Shown: positions 7,067 to 16,307, counted from the first letter of the stretch. The stretch is 27,950 nt of DNA from Oscillospiraceae bacterium (GCA_031288675.1 JAITQY010000022.1:1-27950); one strand, 5' to 3'. The notes: generated by a model not told the origin, from the letters alone. Made by a program: numbers and translations.

Positions 7067-8978
7067 GTATACAGCCAGCCAAATACAGGTACTTGAGGGA
7101 TTAGAGGCTGTCCGTAAACGTCCGGGTATGTACATCGGTACTACCGCCAGCCGCGGACTTCACCACCTTGTTTATGAAATTGTTGATAACAGCATTGACG
7201 AAGCCCTTGCGGGTTACTGTAAGAACATCAGTGTCGTAATCAAAGACGGCGACATCATCCTTGTCCGGGATGACGGGCGCGGTATCCCGGTCGGAACTCA
7301 GGAGCAAACCGGCAAAAGTGCGTTGGAGGTCGTGTTTACCGTACTTCACGCGGGCGGAAAATTCGGCGGCGGCGGATATAAAGTTTCCGGCGGTCTGCAC
7401 GGCGTAGGCGCAAGCGTGGTCAATGCGCTTTCGGAGTGGCTTACGGCTCGCGTCCGAATCGGCGACGATGTATGGGAAATGAAATTCTCACGCGGTGAAA
7501 TTACCCAGCCGCTTATGCAGGTTGAACCGGAAACCACCAGCGCTACCGGCAGCGGTACGACGGTTGTATTTAAGCCTGACGCGGAGATTTTCGACGAGAC
7601 GGAGTTCGATTTTGATACACTGTTCACACGTCTGCGTGAACAGGCGTTCCTAAATGCCGGAATCCGCATTACGCTCACGGACGAACGACCCGGCAAAGAG
7701 CGCTCCGAAGAGATGTGTTATGAGGGCGGAATCAAGGAGTTTACACGATTTATCAACAAAAATAAGACGGCGCTGCACGAGGAAGTTATCTACTTTTCTG
7801 AGATTCGTGACACGCGTGAGGCTGAAATCGCCCTGCAATGGACGGATAACTATAATGAGAATATCTACAGCTTTGCCAATAATATTCACACTCCGGAGGG
7901 CGGTACGCACGAAACAGGATTCCGCAGCGCGTTGACACGTGCGCTTAACGAGTACGGTATGCGCACAAAAATCCTTAAAGAAGACGAAAAGCTCTCCGGT
8001 GAGGATTGCCGCGAGGGTCTTGGCGCGATTATCAGCGTTCGCCTTACAGAAGCTCAGTTTGAGGGTCAGACAAAGACAAAACTCGGTAACGCGGACATTC
8101 GCACGCTTGTGGAAAATATGCTTTACCGCAGATTAAGCGACTATTTTGAAGAAAATCCGCGCGTTTCCCGCGCGATTATGGATAAGGCAATGGCGGCGAA
8201 CCGCGCTCGCGAAGCGGCGCGTAAAGCCCGTGACCTCTCCCGTAAAAAAACTTCATCAGAGGGGCTTAGTCTGCCCGGCAAACTCACCGATTGCTACGGC
8301 AAGCAGCCGGAGTTCAACGAGATTTTCATCGTCGAGGGCGACAGCGCGGGCGGCAGCGCGATTGACGGACGCGATAGCCGCTATCAGGCTATTCTTCCGC
8401 TTTGGGGAAAGATGCTGAACGTAGAGAAAGCCCGCGCCGACAAAGTGTTCGGTAACGAAAAACTCAGCCCGGTAATTCTTGCGCTTGGCGCTGGTATCGG
8501 CGAAGAGTTCGACGCGGAACGGCTCCGATATCATAAGATTATCATTATGGCGGACGCCGACGTGGACGGCGCCCATATCCGCACGCTTCTGCTGACGTTC
8601 TTCTTCCGATTTATGCGCCCGCTTGTAGACGGCGGCTATGTGTATATCGCTCAGCCGCCCCTGTATAAACTCGTGCGCGGTAAGGATACCCGTTACGCGT
8701 TCAGTGATGAGGAACGCGACCGTATAAGCGCAGATCTTCGCGGAGGAAACTCTAACGCGAAAATTGAAATCAGCCGCAACAAAGGTCTTGGTGAAATGGA
8801 CGCAGAGGAGCTTTGGGAAACGACAATGGATCCGGAGAAGCGTATACTGCTCAAAGTAGAGCTTGACGACGCGCTTGCCGCGGACGAAATCTTCACCATT
8901 TTGATGGGAGAAAAGGTCGAGCCCCGCCGTGAGTTCATTGAACGCAACGCCAAATACGTAAGCAATTTAGACGTGTAA
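7041..8978 (+). CDS. gyrB: DNA gyrase subunit B
   Basis: The translation [48 protein letters not shown] and [12 protein letters not shown] identify GyrB. ATG 7041 lies 6 nt after GGAGAG (7029-7034). An alternative in-frame ATG is at 7020. Confidence 0.96.
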   Translation: MEKSELNNEYTASQIQVLEGLEAVRKRPGMYIGTTASRGLHHLVYEIVDNSIDEALAGYCKNISVVIKDGDIILVRDDGRGIPVGTQEQTGKSALEVVFTVLHAGGKFGGGGYKVSGGLHGVGASVVNALSEWLTARVRIGDDVWEMKFSRGEITQPLMQVEPETTSATGSGTTVVFKPDAEIFDETEFDFDTLFTRLREQAFLNAGIRITLTDERPGKERSEEMCYEGGIKEFTRFINKNKTALHEEVIYFSEIRDTREAEIALQWTDNYNENIYSFANNIHTPEGGTHETGFRSALTRALNEYGMRTKILKEDEKLSGEDCREGLGAIISVRLTEAQFEGQTKTKLGNADIRTLVENMLYRRLSDYFEENPRVSRAIMDKAMAANRAREAARKARDLSRKKTSSEGLSLPGKLTDCYGKQPEFNEIFIVEGDSAGGSAIDGRDSRYQAILPLWGKMLNVEKARADKVFGNEKLSPVILALGAGIGEEFDAERLRYHKIIIMADADVDGAHIRTLLLTFFFRFMRPLVDGGYVYIAQPPLYKLVRGKDTRYAFSDEERDRISADLRGGNSNAKIEISRNKGLGEMDAEELWETTMDPEKRILLKVELDDALAADEIFTILMGEKVEPRREFIERNAKYVSNLDV

Positions 8979-9058
8979 TTTTGAGAAAATCTTAATTTTA
9001 TCTGCGTTAATCTCTGGTTTTTCAAAGAAACTGTGGTTATAAAGAAAAAGGAGTTCAA

Positions 9059-11569
9059 ATGGCAAAGACTAAACCCGCGAAAAATAAGAATCCGGATATC
9101 TCATTCGCGGATCAGGTGATCAAACCGGTAGAATTAGAGCGCGAAATGCGCAAGAGTTATATTGATTACGCTATGAGCGTAATCGTAGGCCGCGCCCTGC
9201 CGGACGTCCGCGACGGGCTGAAACCCGTACACCGCCGCATCCTTTATACTATGGTCGAGGATGGTCTGACAAGCGATAAAACTTTCCGCAAGTCCGTGAC
9301 GACGGTCGGAGCGGTGTTAGGACGCTATCATCCGCACGGCGACACCAGCGTTTATGACGCGCTTGTTCGCCTTGCTCAGCGGTTTACGCTTCGTTACCCG
9401 CTTGTGGAGGGTCACGGCAACTTCGGCTCAATACACGAACACCGCGCCGCCGCATATAGGTATACCGAAGCCCGTCTTGCACGGCTTTCTAACGAGATGG
9501 TTCGCGACATCGACAAAGATACCGTTGACTGGACGCCGAACTTTGACGAAAGCCTAAAAGAACCAAGTGTTCTTCCGGCACGCTTCCCGAACCTATTAGT
9601 CAACGGAAGCTCCGGTATTGCCGTCGGCATGGCGACAAACATTCCGCCGCATAACCTGCGTGAAGTCATTGGCGCTACTATATGCGTTATCCGCGACCCG
9701 GAGGCTACTCTTGCCGACCTTATGGAACACATCAAGGGTCCGGACTTCCCTACCGGAGGCGTTATCGTGGGCTACAGCGGTATCCGCGCCGCATATGCCA
9801 CAGGGCGCGGGCTTATAAAACTTCGCGCGCGTACCGAAATTGAGGTTGATGAAAACGGACGCACTGAAATAATAGTTACGGACATCCCCTATCAGCAAAT
9901 CACACGCACGCTTATTCAGGAGATTGACGAGAAAATTAAAGACAAAAGCATAGAGGGAATCTCCGCCCACCGTGACGAAACAGACCGTGACGGCTTCCGC
10001 CTTGTATTCGAGCTTCAGCGCGGCGCGAACGCACAGGTAACGCTGAATCAGCTTTTCGCAAATACCTCCCTGCAAGTCTCATTCGGCATTACTCAGCTTG
10101 CTCTTGTAAACCGCGGTCGTCAGCCGAAGATACTTACCCTGCGCGAAATGCTGGACGAGTACATCACTCATCAGCTTGAGATTATCGTCCGGCGTACCGA
10201 ATACGACCTCCGCAAAGCGCGCGACCGCGCGCATATATTGGAGGGTCTGCGTATCGCTGTGGACAATATTGACGAAGTGATTCAAATTATCCGCAGCGCA
10301 TACGACGACGCGTCGGAGAAATTAATGCAACGCTTCGGGCTTAGTGAAGCTCAGGTAAAAGCGATTCTTGAACTTCAGCTGCGCCGCCTGCAAGGATTAG
10401 AACGCGACAAAATTGAGGACGAATATCGTATCCTTTTAGAGAAAATCAGCTATTTTATTGAAGTTCTCGGCAGTGAAACGATGCGCCGTGACATCCTTGT
10501 GGAGGAGCTTACAGAGATTGCGGATAAATTCGGCGACGACCGCCGTACCGACATTGAGATAGTTGACGATGAGATTGATATAGAAGACCTCATTGCCGAG
10601 GAAGAATGTGTGTTCACGTTGACGAAGGCGGGCTATATCAAACGTCTCAGCGCCGACACATACAAGTCTCAAAAACGCGGCGGTAAAGGCATAACGGCTA
10701 TGGCGACGCGGGAGGAGGACTATGTAGAAACGCTTATCACGGCAAGCACCCACGACTTCCTGCTGTTTTTCACGAGCTTCGGGCGCGTATTCTGCAAAAA
10801 AGGCTATAAGATACCGGAAGCAAGCCGCACCGCTAAGGGAAGCAACATTGTCAACATTCTCCGGCTTGAAGGTGAGGAGAAAGTTACCGCACTGCTCAAC
10901 TTCCGCGAAAAGACAGAGGATGAAAAATATATCTTCTTCATTACCCGAAACGGCACGGTCAAGCGCGTCCGCGCTCAGGAGTTCCGCAATATCCGTGAGA
11001 GCGGTCTCCGGGCTATCACACTTGAGGACGGTGACGACCTTATCAACGTTATTGAGACCGATGGCAGCGACAACATCCTGCTTGCCACGCGCAGCGGTAT
11101 GGCAATCTGCTTCAGCGAGACAGACGTCCGTCCAACCGGACGCACGTCTATCGGAGTACGCGGTATCAATTTGACCGGAGATGACAAAGTCGTTGCGGCG
11201 GCAAAGCTCTCTGAGGACGGTACCGTCCTGACCGTTTCAGAACGCGGCTACGGCAAGCGCACACCGGGCGGCGATTACATCCGCGGTTCCGGCGAACCTC
11301 AGCGACGCGGCGGTAAAGGGCTTCGTAACGGAACTCTTACAGAAAAAACCGGCGCGATTGCGGACGTAAGAGTTGTCAGCAATGACGATGATCTTTTGCT
11401 GATAACCGACGCGGGCGTTATTATACGTATGGCTATAGCGGACGTCAGCGTTCACGGCCGTACGGCGCAGGGTACGCGTCTTATGCGTGTTCCGGACGGC
11501 GCGCGGGTAATCAGCACCGCCGTTACTTCCGCCGGAGAAGAAGACGAACTTATAATCCCCGAATCCTAA
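9059..11569 (+). CDS. gyrA: DNA gyrase subunit A
   Basis: The translation DGLKPVHRRILY, YHPHGDTSVYDALVRLAQ, the catalytic AAYRYTEARL and a C-terminal beta-pinwheel repeat region identify GyrA. AAGGAG precedes the ATG. Confidence 0.97.
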   Translation: MAKTKPAKNKNPDISFADQVIKPVELEREMRKSYIDYAMSVIVGRALPDVRDGLKPVHRRILYTMVEDGLTSDKTFRKSVTTVGAVLGRYHPHGDTSVYDALVRLAQRFTLRYPLVEGHGNFGSIHEHRAAAYRYTEARLARLSNEMVRDIDKDTVDWTPNFDESLKEPSVLPARFPNLLVNGSSGIAVGMATNIPPHNLREVIGATICVIRDPEATLADLMEHIKGPDFPTGGVIVGYSGIRAAYATGRGLIKLRARTEIEVDENGRTEIIVTDIPYQQITRTLIQEIDEKIKDKSIEGISAHRDETDRDGFRLVFELQRGANAQVTLNQLFANTSLQVSFGITQLALVNRGRQPKILTLREMLDEYITHQLEIIVRRTEYDLRKARDRAHILEGLRIAVDNIDEVIQIIRSAYDDASEKLMQRFGLSEAQVKAILELQLRRLQGLERDKIEDEYRILLEKISYFIEVLGSETMRRDILVEELTEIADKFGDDRRTDIEIVDDEIDIEDLIAEEECVFTLTKAGYIKRLSADTYKSQKRGGKGITAMATREEDYVETLITASTHDFLLFFTSFGRVFCKKGYKIPEASRTAKGSNIVNILRLEGEEKVTALLNFREKTEDEKYIFFITRNGTVKRVRAQEFRNIRESGLRAITLEDGDDLINVIETDGSDNILLATRSGMAICFSETDVRPTGRTSIGVRGINLTGDDKVVAAAKLSEDGTVLTVSERGYGKRTPGGDYIRGSGEPQRRGGKGLRNGTLTEKTGAIADVRVVSNDDDLLLITDAGVIIRMAIADVSVHGRTAQGTRLMRVPDGARVISTAVTSAGEEDELIIPES

Positions 11570-11623
11570 GGGCATAGACCGTGCTATTGAGGGCTTGACC
11601 CGCAAGATTTTCCTCATATAAAA

Positions 11624-11652
11624 TTAAGGGGCGCACACCGTGCGCCCCTTAA
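11624..11652. terminator. Bidirectional intrinsic terminator shared by gyrA (+) and thiT (-)
   Basis: The stem is 13 bp: TTAAGGGGCGCAC (11624-11636) pairs with GTGCGCCCCTTAA (11640-11652), with loop ACC. U-rich runs flank it on both strands. Confidence 0.85.
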
Positions 11653-11660
11653 CCTTATTG

Positions 11661-12224
11661 TTATTTGCTTTGCAGTTTTGCTTTCTCTAACGCTATTCCG
11701 ATAAGCGGACATAATATTACCGCCGCGATGGTATTGAACAGCATATAAAAGCCGTTGTACAGCGCGCTGTAAGTAAATATACTTAATCCGCCTACGCCGA
11801 GATACGTATCGGCGAAATACTCTGCATAGATTGTCAGTCCGCTGATGAAATGGATTATGAAACGCGCAAGGCAGCCTAATAACGCGCCTAACAGATAGTT
11901 AGCCGGTGAATTTCCATCCTTGCGGCGCAGCAGTCCGGCAAGCCCTACGGCGGCATACGCAACGCTGTAGTCAAGGATGAAGGATCCGAGATTAATTGCA
12001 AACCCCTCTCCGATGAAGTACTTCAAAGTACCAAAAACGAAGCCTGCAAGCAATCCCCAACCAACTCCGCCGGCGTGTACCGCAAATAGAATTATCGGTA
12101 CCATAGCAAAGTTTAGGGAACCTCCTTGGGCTCCGACGTCGATTTTCAGATAGCTTAGCGCAACAGCAAGCGCAACCGCTACCGCGCCCTCGCACAGCAA
12201 GAGCGTCTTTGAGCGTGATGTCAT
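11661..12224 (-). CDS. thiT: ECF-transporter S component for thiamine (ThiT family)
   Basis: This is a multi-pass membrane protein with ThiT-like motifs (QGGSLNF, ILDYSVAYAAVGLAG, HFISG, YSALYNGFY). It lies directly behind a TPP riboswitch. Confidence 0.85.
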   Translation of the reverse strand: MTSRSKTLLLCEGAVAVALAVALSYLKIDVGAQGGSLNFAMVPIILFAVHAGGVGWGLLAGFVFGTLKYFIGEGFAINLGSFILDYSVAYAAVGLAGLLRRKDGNSPANYLLGALLGCLARFIIHFISGLTIYAEYFADTYLGVGGLSIFTYSALYNGFYMLFNTIAAVILCPLIGIALEKAKLQSK

Positions 12225-12225
12225 A

Positions 12226-12320
12226 TATGACTCCTTTCGCGGGCATTACCCCGATCAAGTTATAAGGGTTCAAGCTGCTTTCAGCTCGTCTCAGCCGTTC
12301 CCGGCGCCCCTGTAAGAGTT
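12226..12320 (-). promoter_or_regulatory. TPP (THI-box) riboswitch in the thiT leader
   Basis: The minus strand reads ACUCUUACAGGGGCGCCGGGAACGGCUGAGACGAGCUGAAAGCAGCUUGAACCCUUAUAACUUGAUCGGGGUAAUGCCCGCGAAAGGAGU. It contains the conserved GGGG.GCC, CUGAGA, ACCC and GAUC.GG.UAAU.CC.GCG elements. Confidence 0.9.
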
Positions 12321-12349
12321 AGTCTAACATATTCCGTCCTGCCTGTCAA
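12321..12349 (-). promoter_or_regulatory. Promoter of the TPP riboswitch-thiT transcript
   Basis: The minus strand has TTGACA (12349-12344), a 17-nt spacer, then TAGACT (12326-12321). The predicted start falls at the 5' edge of helix P1. Confidence 0.65.
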
Positions 12350-12455
12350 TACAGAAATTCCGCGCTTTTTCCCGCCTCTCTGTCCATCTTCCGATTATCG
12401 CTGCGGACTTGACCGGTAATCTTCCGTTGCTGACTGCCGCAACTTGATTTTGCTC

Positions 12456-12484
12456 TTGCAATTTTCAGCCCTTTATGTTATACT
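12456..12484 (+). promoter_or_regulatory. Promoter of the thioesterase-rimO-pgsA operon
   Basis: TTGCAA (12456-12461), a 17-nt spacer, then TATACT (12479-12484). Only 6 nt separate the -10 from ATG 12491. Confidence 0.6.
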
Positions 12485-12490
12485 GCGGAT

Positions 12491-13201
12491 ATGATAATTG
12501 AAAGAACAGAAGCAGCGACCGGCAGCCGCATCGGAGCAGACGGACTGATGACTGAGATCGCTATGCTTGACATTTTGCAGGATACAGAGGCTATCGGGGC
12601 AAGGTCTGACCTTGATTTTTGGGGATTCTTTGACAGAACTGATTGTATGATGGTCATTGTCGCGCGCTATGTTCAGTTTCTGAATCGTCCCAAATACGGA
12701 GAGAAACTCTTGTGCAGGACTATGCCTTATGCCAACAGTGTTCGTTACGGTTCGCGGTATGCCGAGCTTCTTGACGGGGAGGGAAACCGTTTGGCGTGCG
12801 GATGGCTTACCGCGCTCTATGTAAATTGGCGTACACTTAAACCGGTACGCGTTCCGCAGAATCTTGTGGACGGCGTGGAGCTGTATACTCCGCCGGTTTG
12901 GAAAGATTGGGACCGGCGCGTATCTGCCGAACCCTCATTGCTTACGGAGCGCGGCAGGTTTAACGTGAAGAGGTTCGACCTTGATATGTTCGGGCATATG
13001 AACAATGTACGGCATATAGAACACGCTTTTGACTATTTGCCTGAGGACGCGCACCCTAAAGCGTTGCGGATAGAGTATAAAAATGCTGCTCCGCCAAATG
13101 CGGTCGTAAAGGCTAAAACCGCCGTAGTTAACGGGAAAACTTATGTCCTGTTAGAGAGCGCGGGCGGCGAAATTTACTCTGTTACGGAGTTCACGCTATG
13201 A
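12491..13201 (+). CDS. Acyl-ACP thioesterase family protein (double hot-dog fold)
   Basis: An N-terminal hot-dog segment is followed by a second half carrying FDLDMFGHMNNVRHIEHAFDYLPED, which matches the D.D..HVNN..Y pattern of FatA/FatB-type bacterial thioesterases. Confidence 0.7.
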   Translation: MIIERTEAATGSRIGADGLMTEIAMLDILQDTEAIGARSDLDFWGFFDRTDCMMVIVARYVQFLNRPKYGEKLLCRTMPYANSVRYGSRYAELLDGEGNRLACGWLTALYVNWRTLKPVRVPQNLVDGVELYTPPVWKDWDRRVSAEPSLLTERGRFNVKRFDLDMFGHMNNVRHIEHAFDYLPEDAHPKALRIEYKNAAPPNAVVKAKTAVVNGKTYVLLESAGGEIYSVTEFTL

Positions 13202-14535
13202 TACAGAAGAATAAAACGGTTGGAATGGTCTCATTAGGCTGCGCGAAGAATCAGGTTGACGCGGAGCGTATGATAACGCTTATGAAGAATTGCGGATATA
13301 CCGTTACGCCGCAGTTGGACGAACTTGACGCGGTTGTTATAAACACCTGCGGATTTATTGAATCCGCCAAGTCGGAAGCTATCGAAACCATTCTTGAATT
13401 CTGCGCTCTGAAAGCTGAGGGCAAGCTGAAAAAGGTCATTGTTACCGGATGCCTTGCCGAGCGTTATAAATCGGAGCTTTTAGAGGAAATGCCGGAGATA
13501 GACGGAGTTCTCGGTACAGGCAGTTTTCAGCGTATTGCTGAGGCTTTAGACGCCGCGTTTAGCAAAGACATAACTGACATACCCGGCTCCGACCATAACG
13601 CGGATGAGGCCGAACGCACACTCTCCACACCGCAGGGCTGGGCGTATCTTAAAATCGCGGAAGGTTGCGATAACCGATGTGCCTATTGCGTTATCCCTAA
13701 CCTTCGCGGTGCGTTCCGTAGCCGTACAATAGAAAGCCTTACGGATGAGGCGAAGTCGCTTGCCGTTCAGGGTGTACGTGAGCTTGACGTTGTGGCACAG
13801 GACACCACGCGCTACGGTCTTGACCTTTACGGCCGCCGTGCGTTACCGGAGCTGCTGGAAGCGCTTACCGCGATTGACGGGATAGAATGGATACGGCTAC
13901 ACTACCTGTATCCGGACGAAATCACAGATGAACTTATCGGGGTTATATCAAGTAATCCTAAAATCGTAAAATATCTTGATATTCCGATCCAGCACATCAA
14001 TGATTCCATTCTTGCACGTATGAACCGGCGCGGTACCGGCGGTGAAATTCGCGCACTTTTGCGTAAGCTACGGGAGAATATCTCGAACGTCGTTATTCGT
14101 ACCACCGTTATTGCCGGATTACCGGGCGAAACGGAGCGCGAGTTTGAAGAGCTTTGTGATTTCCTGCGTGAGTTCCGCTTGGAGCGTGTGGGAGCTTTTC
14201 CGTTTTCTCCGGAGGAGGGTACGCCCGCGGAAAAAATGACAGATCGCGTTCACCTTGAGCTTGCAGAACACCGTGCCGCACTTATTGAGCAGCTGCAATC
14301 CGGGATTATGGACGAATTTAATACCTCGCGGCTTAATACGGTTTGCAGCGTACTGATAGAGGGCTATGACAAATGGGGGGAATGTTACTACGGGCACAGC
14401 TGGGCAGAGGCTCCGGACGTGGACGGTAAGATTTTTATCGCCGCTCCGGATGTTAAACTGAAGTTAGGGGATATTATCAGTGTCCGCATAATAGACATTA
14501 TAGACGGCGATTTGCTTGGGGAGGTTTTAGATTGA
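13198..14535 (+). CDS. rimO: Ribosomal protein S12 (uS12) methylthiotransferase RimO
   Basis: The MTTase N-domain VGMVSLGCAKNQVDAERM, the radical-SAM motif EGCDNRCAYCVIP and a C-terminal TRAM domain are present. The start overlaps the upstream stop as ATGA. Confidence 0.88.
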   Translation: MIQKNKTVGMVSLGCAKNQVDAERMITLMKNCGYTVTPQLDELDAVVINTCGFIESAKSEAIETILEFCALKAEGKLKKVIVTGCLAERYKSELLEEMPEIDGVLGTGSFQRIAEALDAAFSKDITDIPGSDHNADEAERTLSTPQGWAYLKIAEGCDNRCAYCVIPNLRGAFRSRTIESLTDEAKSLAVQGVRELDVVAQDTTRYGLDLYGRRALPELLEALTAIDGIEWIRLHYLYPDEITDELIGVISSNPKIVKYLDIPIQHINDSILARMNRRGTGGEIRALLRKLRENISNVVIRTTVIAGLPGETEREFEELCDFLREFRLERVGAFPFSPEEGTPAEKMTDRVHLELAEHRAALIEQLQSGIMDEFNTSRLNTVCSVLIEGYDKWGECYYGHSWAEAPDVDGKIFIAAPDVKLKLGDIISVRIIDIIDGDLLGEVLD

Positions 14536-15083
14536 CAACGGCTAACAAGATAACATTGCTTAGAATTGCTCTTATTCCGATTTTTATGGTGCTGATGCTG
14601 CTTGATCAGCCCGCCACGCGCGTTGCCGCGCTGCTGATTTTTATACTTGCCGGAGTAACCGACCACATAGACGGATACGTTGCCCGGAAATATAATCAAA
14701 TCACTATTTTCGGAAAATTTATGGATCCGCTTGCCGATAAGATTATGGTAACAAGCGCAATGATGATACTTGTCGCTTGGGGACGAATGCCAAGCTGGGC
14801 GGCGGTTATAATCATTGCGCGTGAGTTTGCGGTCAGCGGACTGAGGCTTATCGCGGCGGCTAAAGGCGACGTAATAGCGGCCGGTTTCAGCGGAAAACTG
14901 AAAACTACGGTTTCGATTATTGCGATTTGCTTTATGATTACCGACCGCGTACACGATTTTGAAATCATACCGCATTTGCTGAACGTTGATATGGCGGGAA
15001 GTATGCTTATGGTGATTGTCACCGTATGGAGCGGTGTGGAGTACTTCGTGCGTAACCGCAAAATCCTTGACTATAAAAGCTGA
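14532..15083 (+). CDS. pgsA: CDP-diacylglycerol--glycerol-3-phosphate 3-phosphatidyltransferase
   Basis: The CDP-alcohol transferase motif DHIDGYVARKYNQITIFGKFMDPLADK is present. TTG 14532 overlaps the rimO stop (TTGA) and GGAGG lies upstream. Confidence 0.9.
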   Translation: MTTANKITLLRIALIPIFMVLMLLDQPATRVAALLIFILAGVTDHIDGYVARKYNQITIFGKFMDPLADKIMVTSAMMILVAWGRMPSWAAVIIIAREFAVSGLRLIAAAKGDVIAAGFSGKLKTTVSIIAICFMITDRVHDFEIIPHLLNVDMAGSMLMVIVTVWSGVEYFVRNRKILDYKS

Positions 15084-15101
15084 AAACAAGATAGTCAATA
15101 C

Positions 15102-15227
15102 AGGAGATAGGCGTTAGGTATTAGTAGTTAGGAGACGAGAAAACGCGAGTTAGTCCATAGTCGGCAGTTGAGAGGGGACGAAGGGAACGAGAGACGTTGA
15201 TCATTAACTATTAATCATTGACCATTG
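15102..15227 (+). repeat. Degenerate 7-nt-phased repeat array filling the pgsA-queA spacer
   Basis: The heptads are AGGAGAT AGGCGTT AGGTATT AGTAGTT AGGAGAC (15102-15136), TAGTCCA TAGTCGG CAGTTGA GAGGGGA (15151-15178) and ATCATTA ACTATTA ATCATTG ACCATTG (15200-15227). The first two-thirds are strongly purine-rich on the plus strand. Confidence 0.6.
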
Positions 15228-15245
15228 TATAAGCTATTATATATA
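15218..15245 (+). promoter_or_regulatory. Weak candidate queA promoter
   Basis: TTGACC (15218-15223), a 16-nt spacer, then TATATA (15240-15245), about 20 nt before ATG 15267. Confidence 0.3.
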
Positions 15246-15266
15246 GACAGGCTGTTATTAAAGACA

Positions 15267-16280
15267 ATGAAAACATCTGATTTTTACTATGATTTGCCGG
15301 CGGAGCTGATTGCTCAGACCCCTTTGGAACGGCGTGACGGTTCGCGGTTGCTGTGCCTTGACAGGCTCAGCGGAGCAACGGAACACCGACGCTTCAGCGA
15401 TTTGCCGGAACTTCTGCGTGAGGGAGATTTATTGGTACTGAACGACAGCCGCGTGCTTCCCGCGCGGCTGATTGGCCGCAAGGAGAGCGGCGGTACGGCG
15501 GAAATTTTGTTACTGCGTGACCTTGGAGACGACACGTGGGAATGTCTTGTTAAGCCGGGTAAGTCAATTCGCACGGGAACGCGGATAACGTTCGGCGAGG
15601 GTGAACTTACGGCGGTTATAACGGAAGTCTTGCCGGACGGAAACAGGCTTATCAGGTTTGAGTACTCCGGCGTTTTCTTAGAGGCACTTGAGCGGCTGGG
15701 AACAATGCCCTTGCCGCCGTATATCAAGGAGCGCCTGGAGGATCAGGAACGCTATCAAACGGTCTACAGCCGGGCGACAGGCAGCGCGGCGGCTCCGACA
15801 GCCGGACTGCATTTTACAGAAGAACTGATTGCGGATATTAAGCGGCGCGGGATAGAGATTCGTTACCTGACGCTGCACGTCGGACTTGGAACATTCCGCC
15901 CGGTCAAGACCGATAATATTTTAGAACACAAAATACATTCGGAGTTCGTGATCATTCCCGATGAAACAAAAGTTGCGGTACTTAGCGCAAAACGGGAGGG
16001 CAGGCGCGTAATAGCGGTAGGAACTACCGTCTGCCGCAGTTTAGAAAGCAATGTTATGAGCGGTACGGAAAACTCCGGCTGGGTGGATATTTTTATCTAT
16101 CCGGGATATGAGTTCAAGTTCGCGGACGCGCTTATTACTAATTTTCATCTCCCTGAGAGTACGTTAATTATGCTCGTCAGCGCATTCGCCGGACGTGAAA
16201 AAGTACTTGCGGCTTACAAAGAGGCGATACGTGAACGCTATCGGTTTTTCAGCTTCGGGGATGCGATGATGATTAAATGA
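15267..16280 (+). CDS. queA: S-adenosylmethionine:tRNA ribosyltransferase-isomerase (queuosine biosynthesis)
   Basis: The translation MKTSDFYYDLPAELIAQTPLERRDGSRLL...LPPYI...APTAGLHFT...FSFGDAMMI is a full-length QueA pattern. The ORF-track start at 15225 adds 14 non-conserved residues. Confidence 0.95.
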   Translation: MKTSDFYYDLPAELIAQTPLERRDGSRLLCLDRLSGATEHRRFSDLPELLREGDLLVLNDSRVLPARLIGRKESGGTAEILLLRDLGDDTWECLVKPGKSIRTGTRITFGEGELTAVITEVLPDGNRLIRFEYSGVFLEALERLGTMPLPPYIKERLEDQERYQTVYSRATGSAAAPTAGLHFTEELIADIKRRGIEIRYLTLHVGLGTFRPVKTDNILEHKIHSEFVIIPDETKVAVLSAKREGRRVIAVGTTVCRSLESNVMSGTENSGWVDIFIYPGYEFKFADALITNFHLPESTLIMLVSAFAGREKVLAAYKEAIRERYRFFSFGDAMMIK

Positions 16281-16307
16281 CTAATTGAATTTTTAGCAAC
16301 AAATATG

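Noticed and set aside
9341-9355. GyrA QRDR (HPHGDTSVYD) as a possible fluoroquinolone-resistance allele
   Set aside because: Thr at the Ser83-equivalent position and Asp at the 87-equivalent are the susceptible wild-type residues in many Clostridia (for example Thr82 in C. difficile). This is no evidence of a resistance mutation.
11595-11622. Promoter-like TTGACC-16-TATAAA just after gyrA
   Set aside because: Its predicted start falls inside the 5' arm of the gyrA/thiT terminator hairpin with no gene downstream, so it is probably fortuitous.
11992-12273. 93-aa minus-strand ORF overlapping the thiT 5' end and the riboswitch
   Set aside because: It is out of frame with thiT, and its start lies inside the TPP aptamer. 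It is explained by the riboswitch plus thiT.
14388-15098. 236-aa minus-strand ORF antisense to pgsA
   Set aside because: It lies entirely opposite a well-supported pgsA gene. Its translation is His/Asn/Arg-rich low complexity with no recognisable domain and no RBS, so it is a shadow ORF.
15084-15266. PreQ1 riboswitch upstream of queA
   Set aside because: No preQ1-I/II/III core is present, and there is no compact hairpin-pseudoknot with an A-rich tail. queA is also not a usual preQ1-regulated gene. The region is instead reported as an unexplained heptad array.
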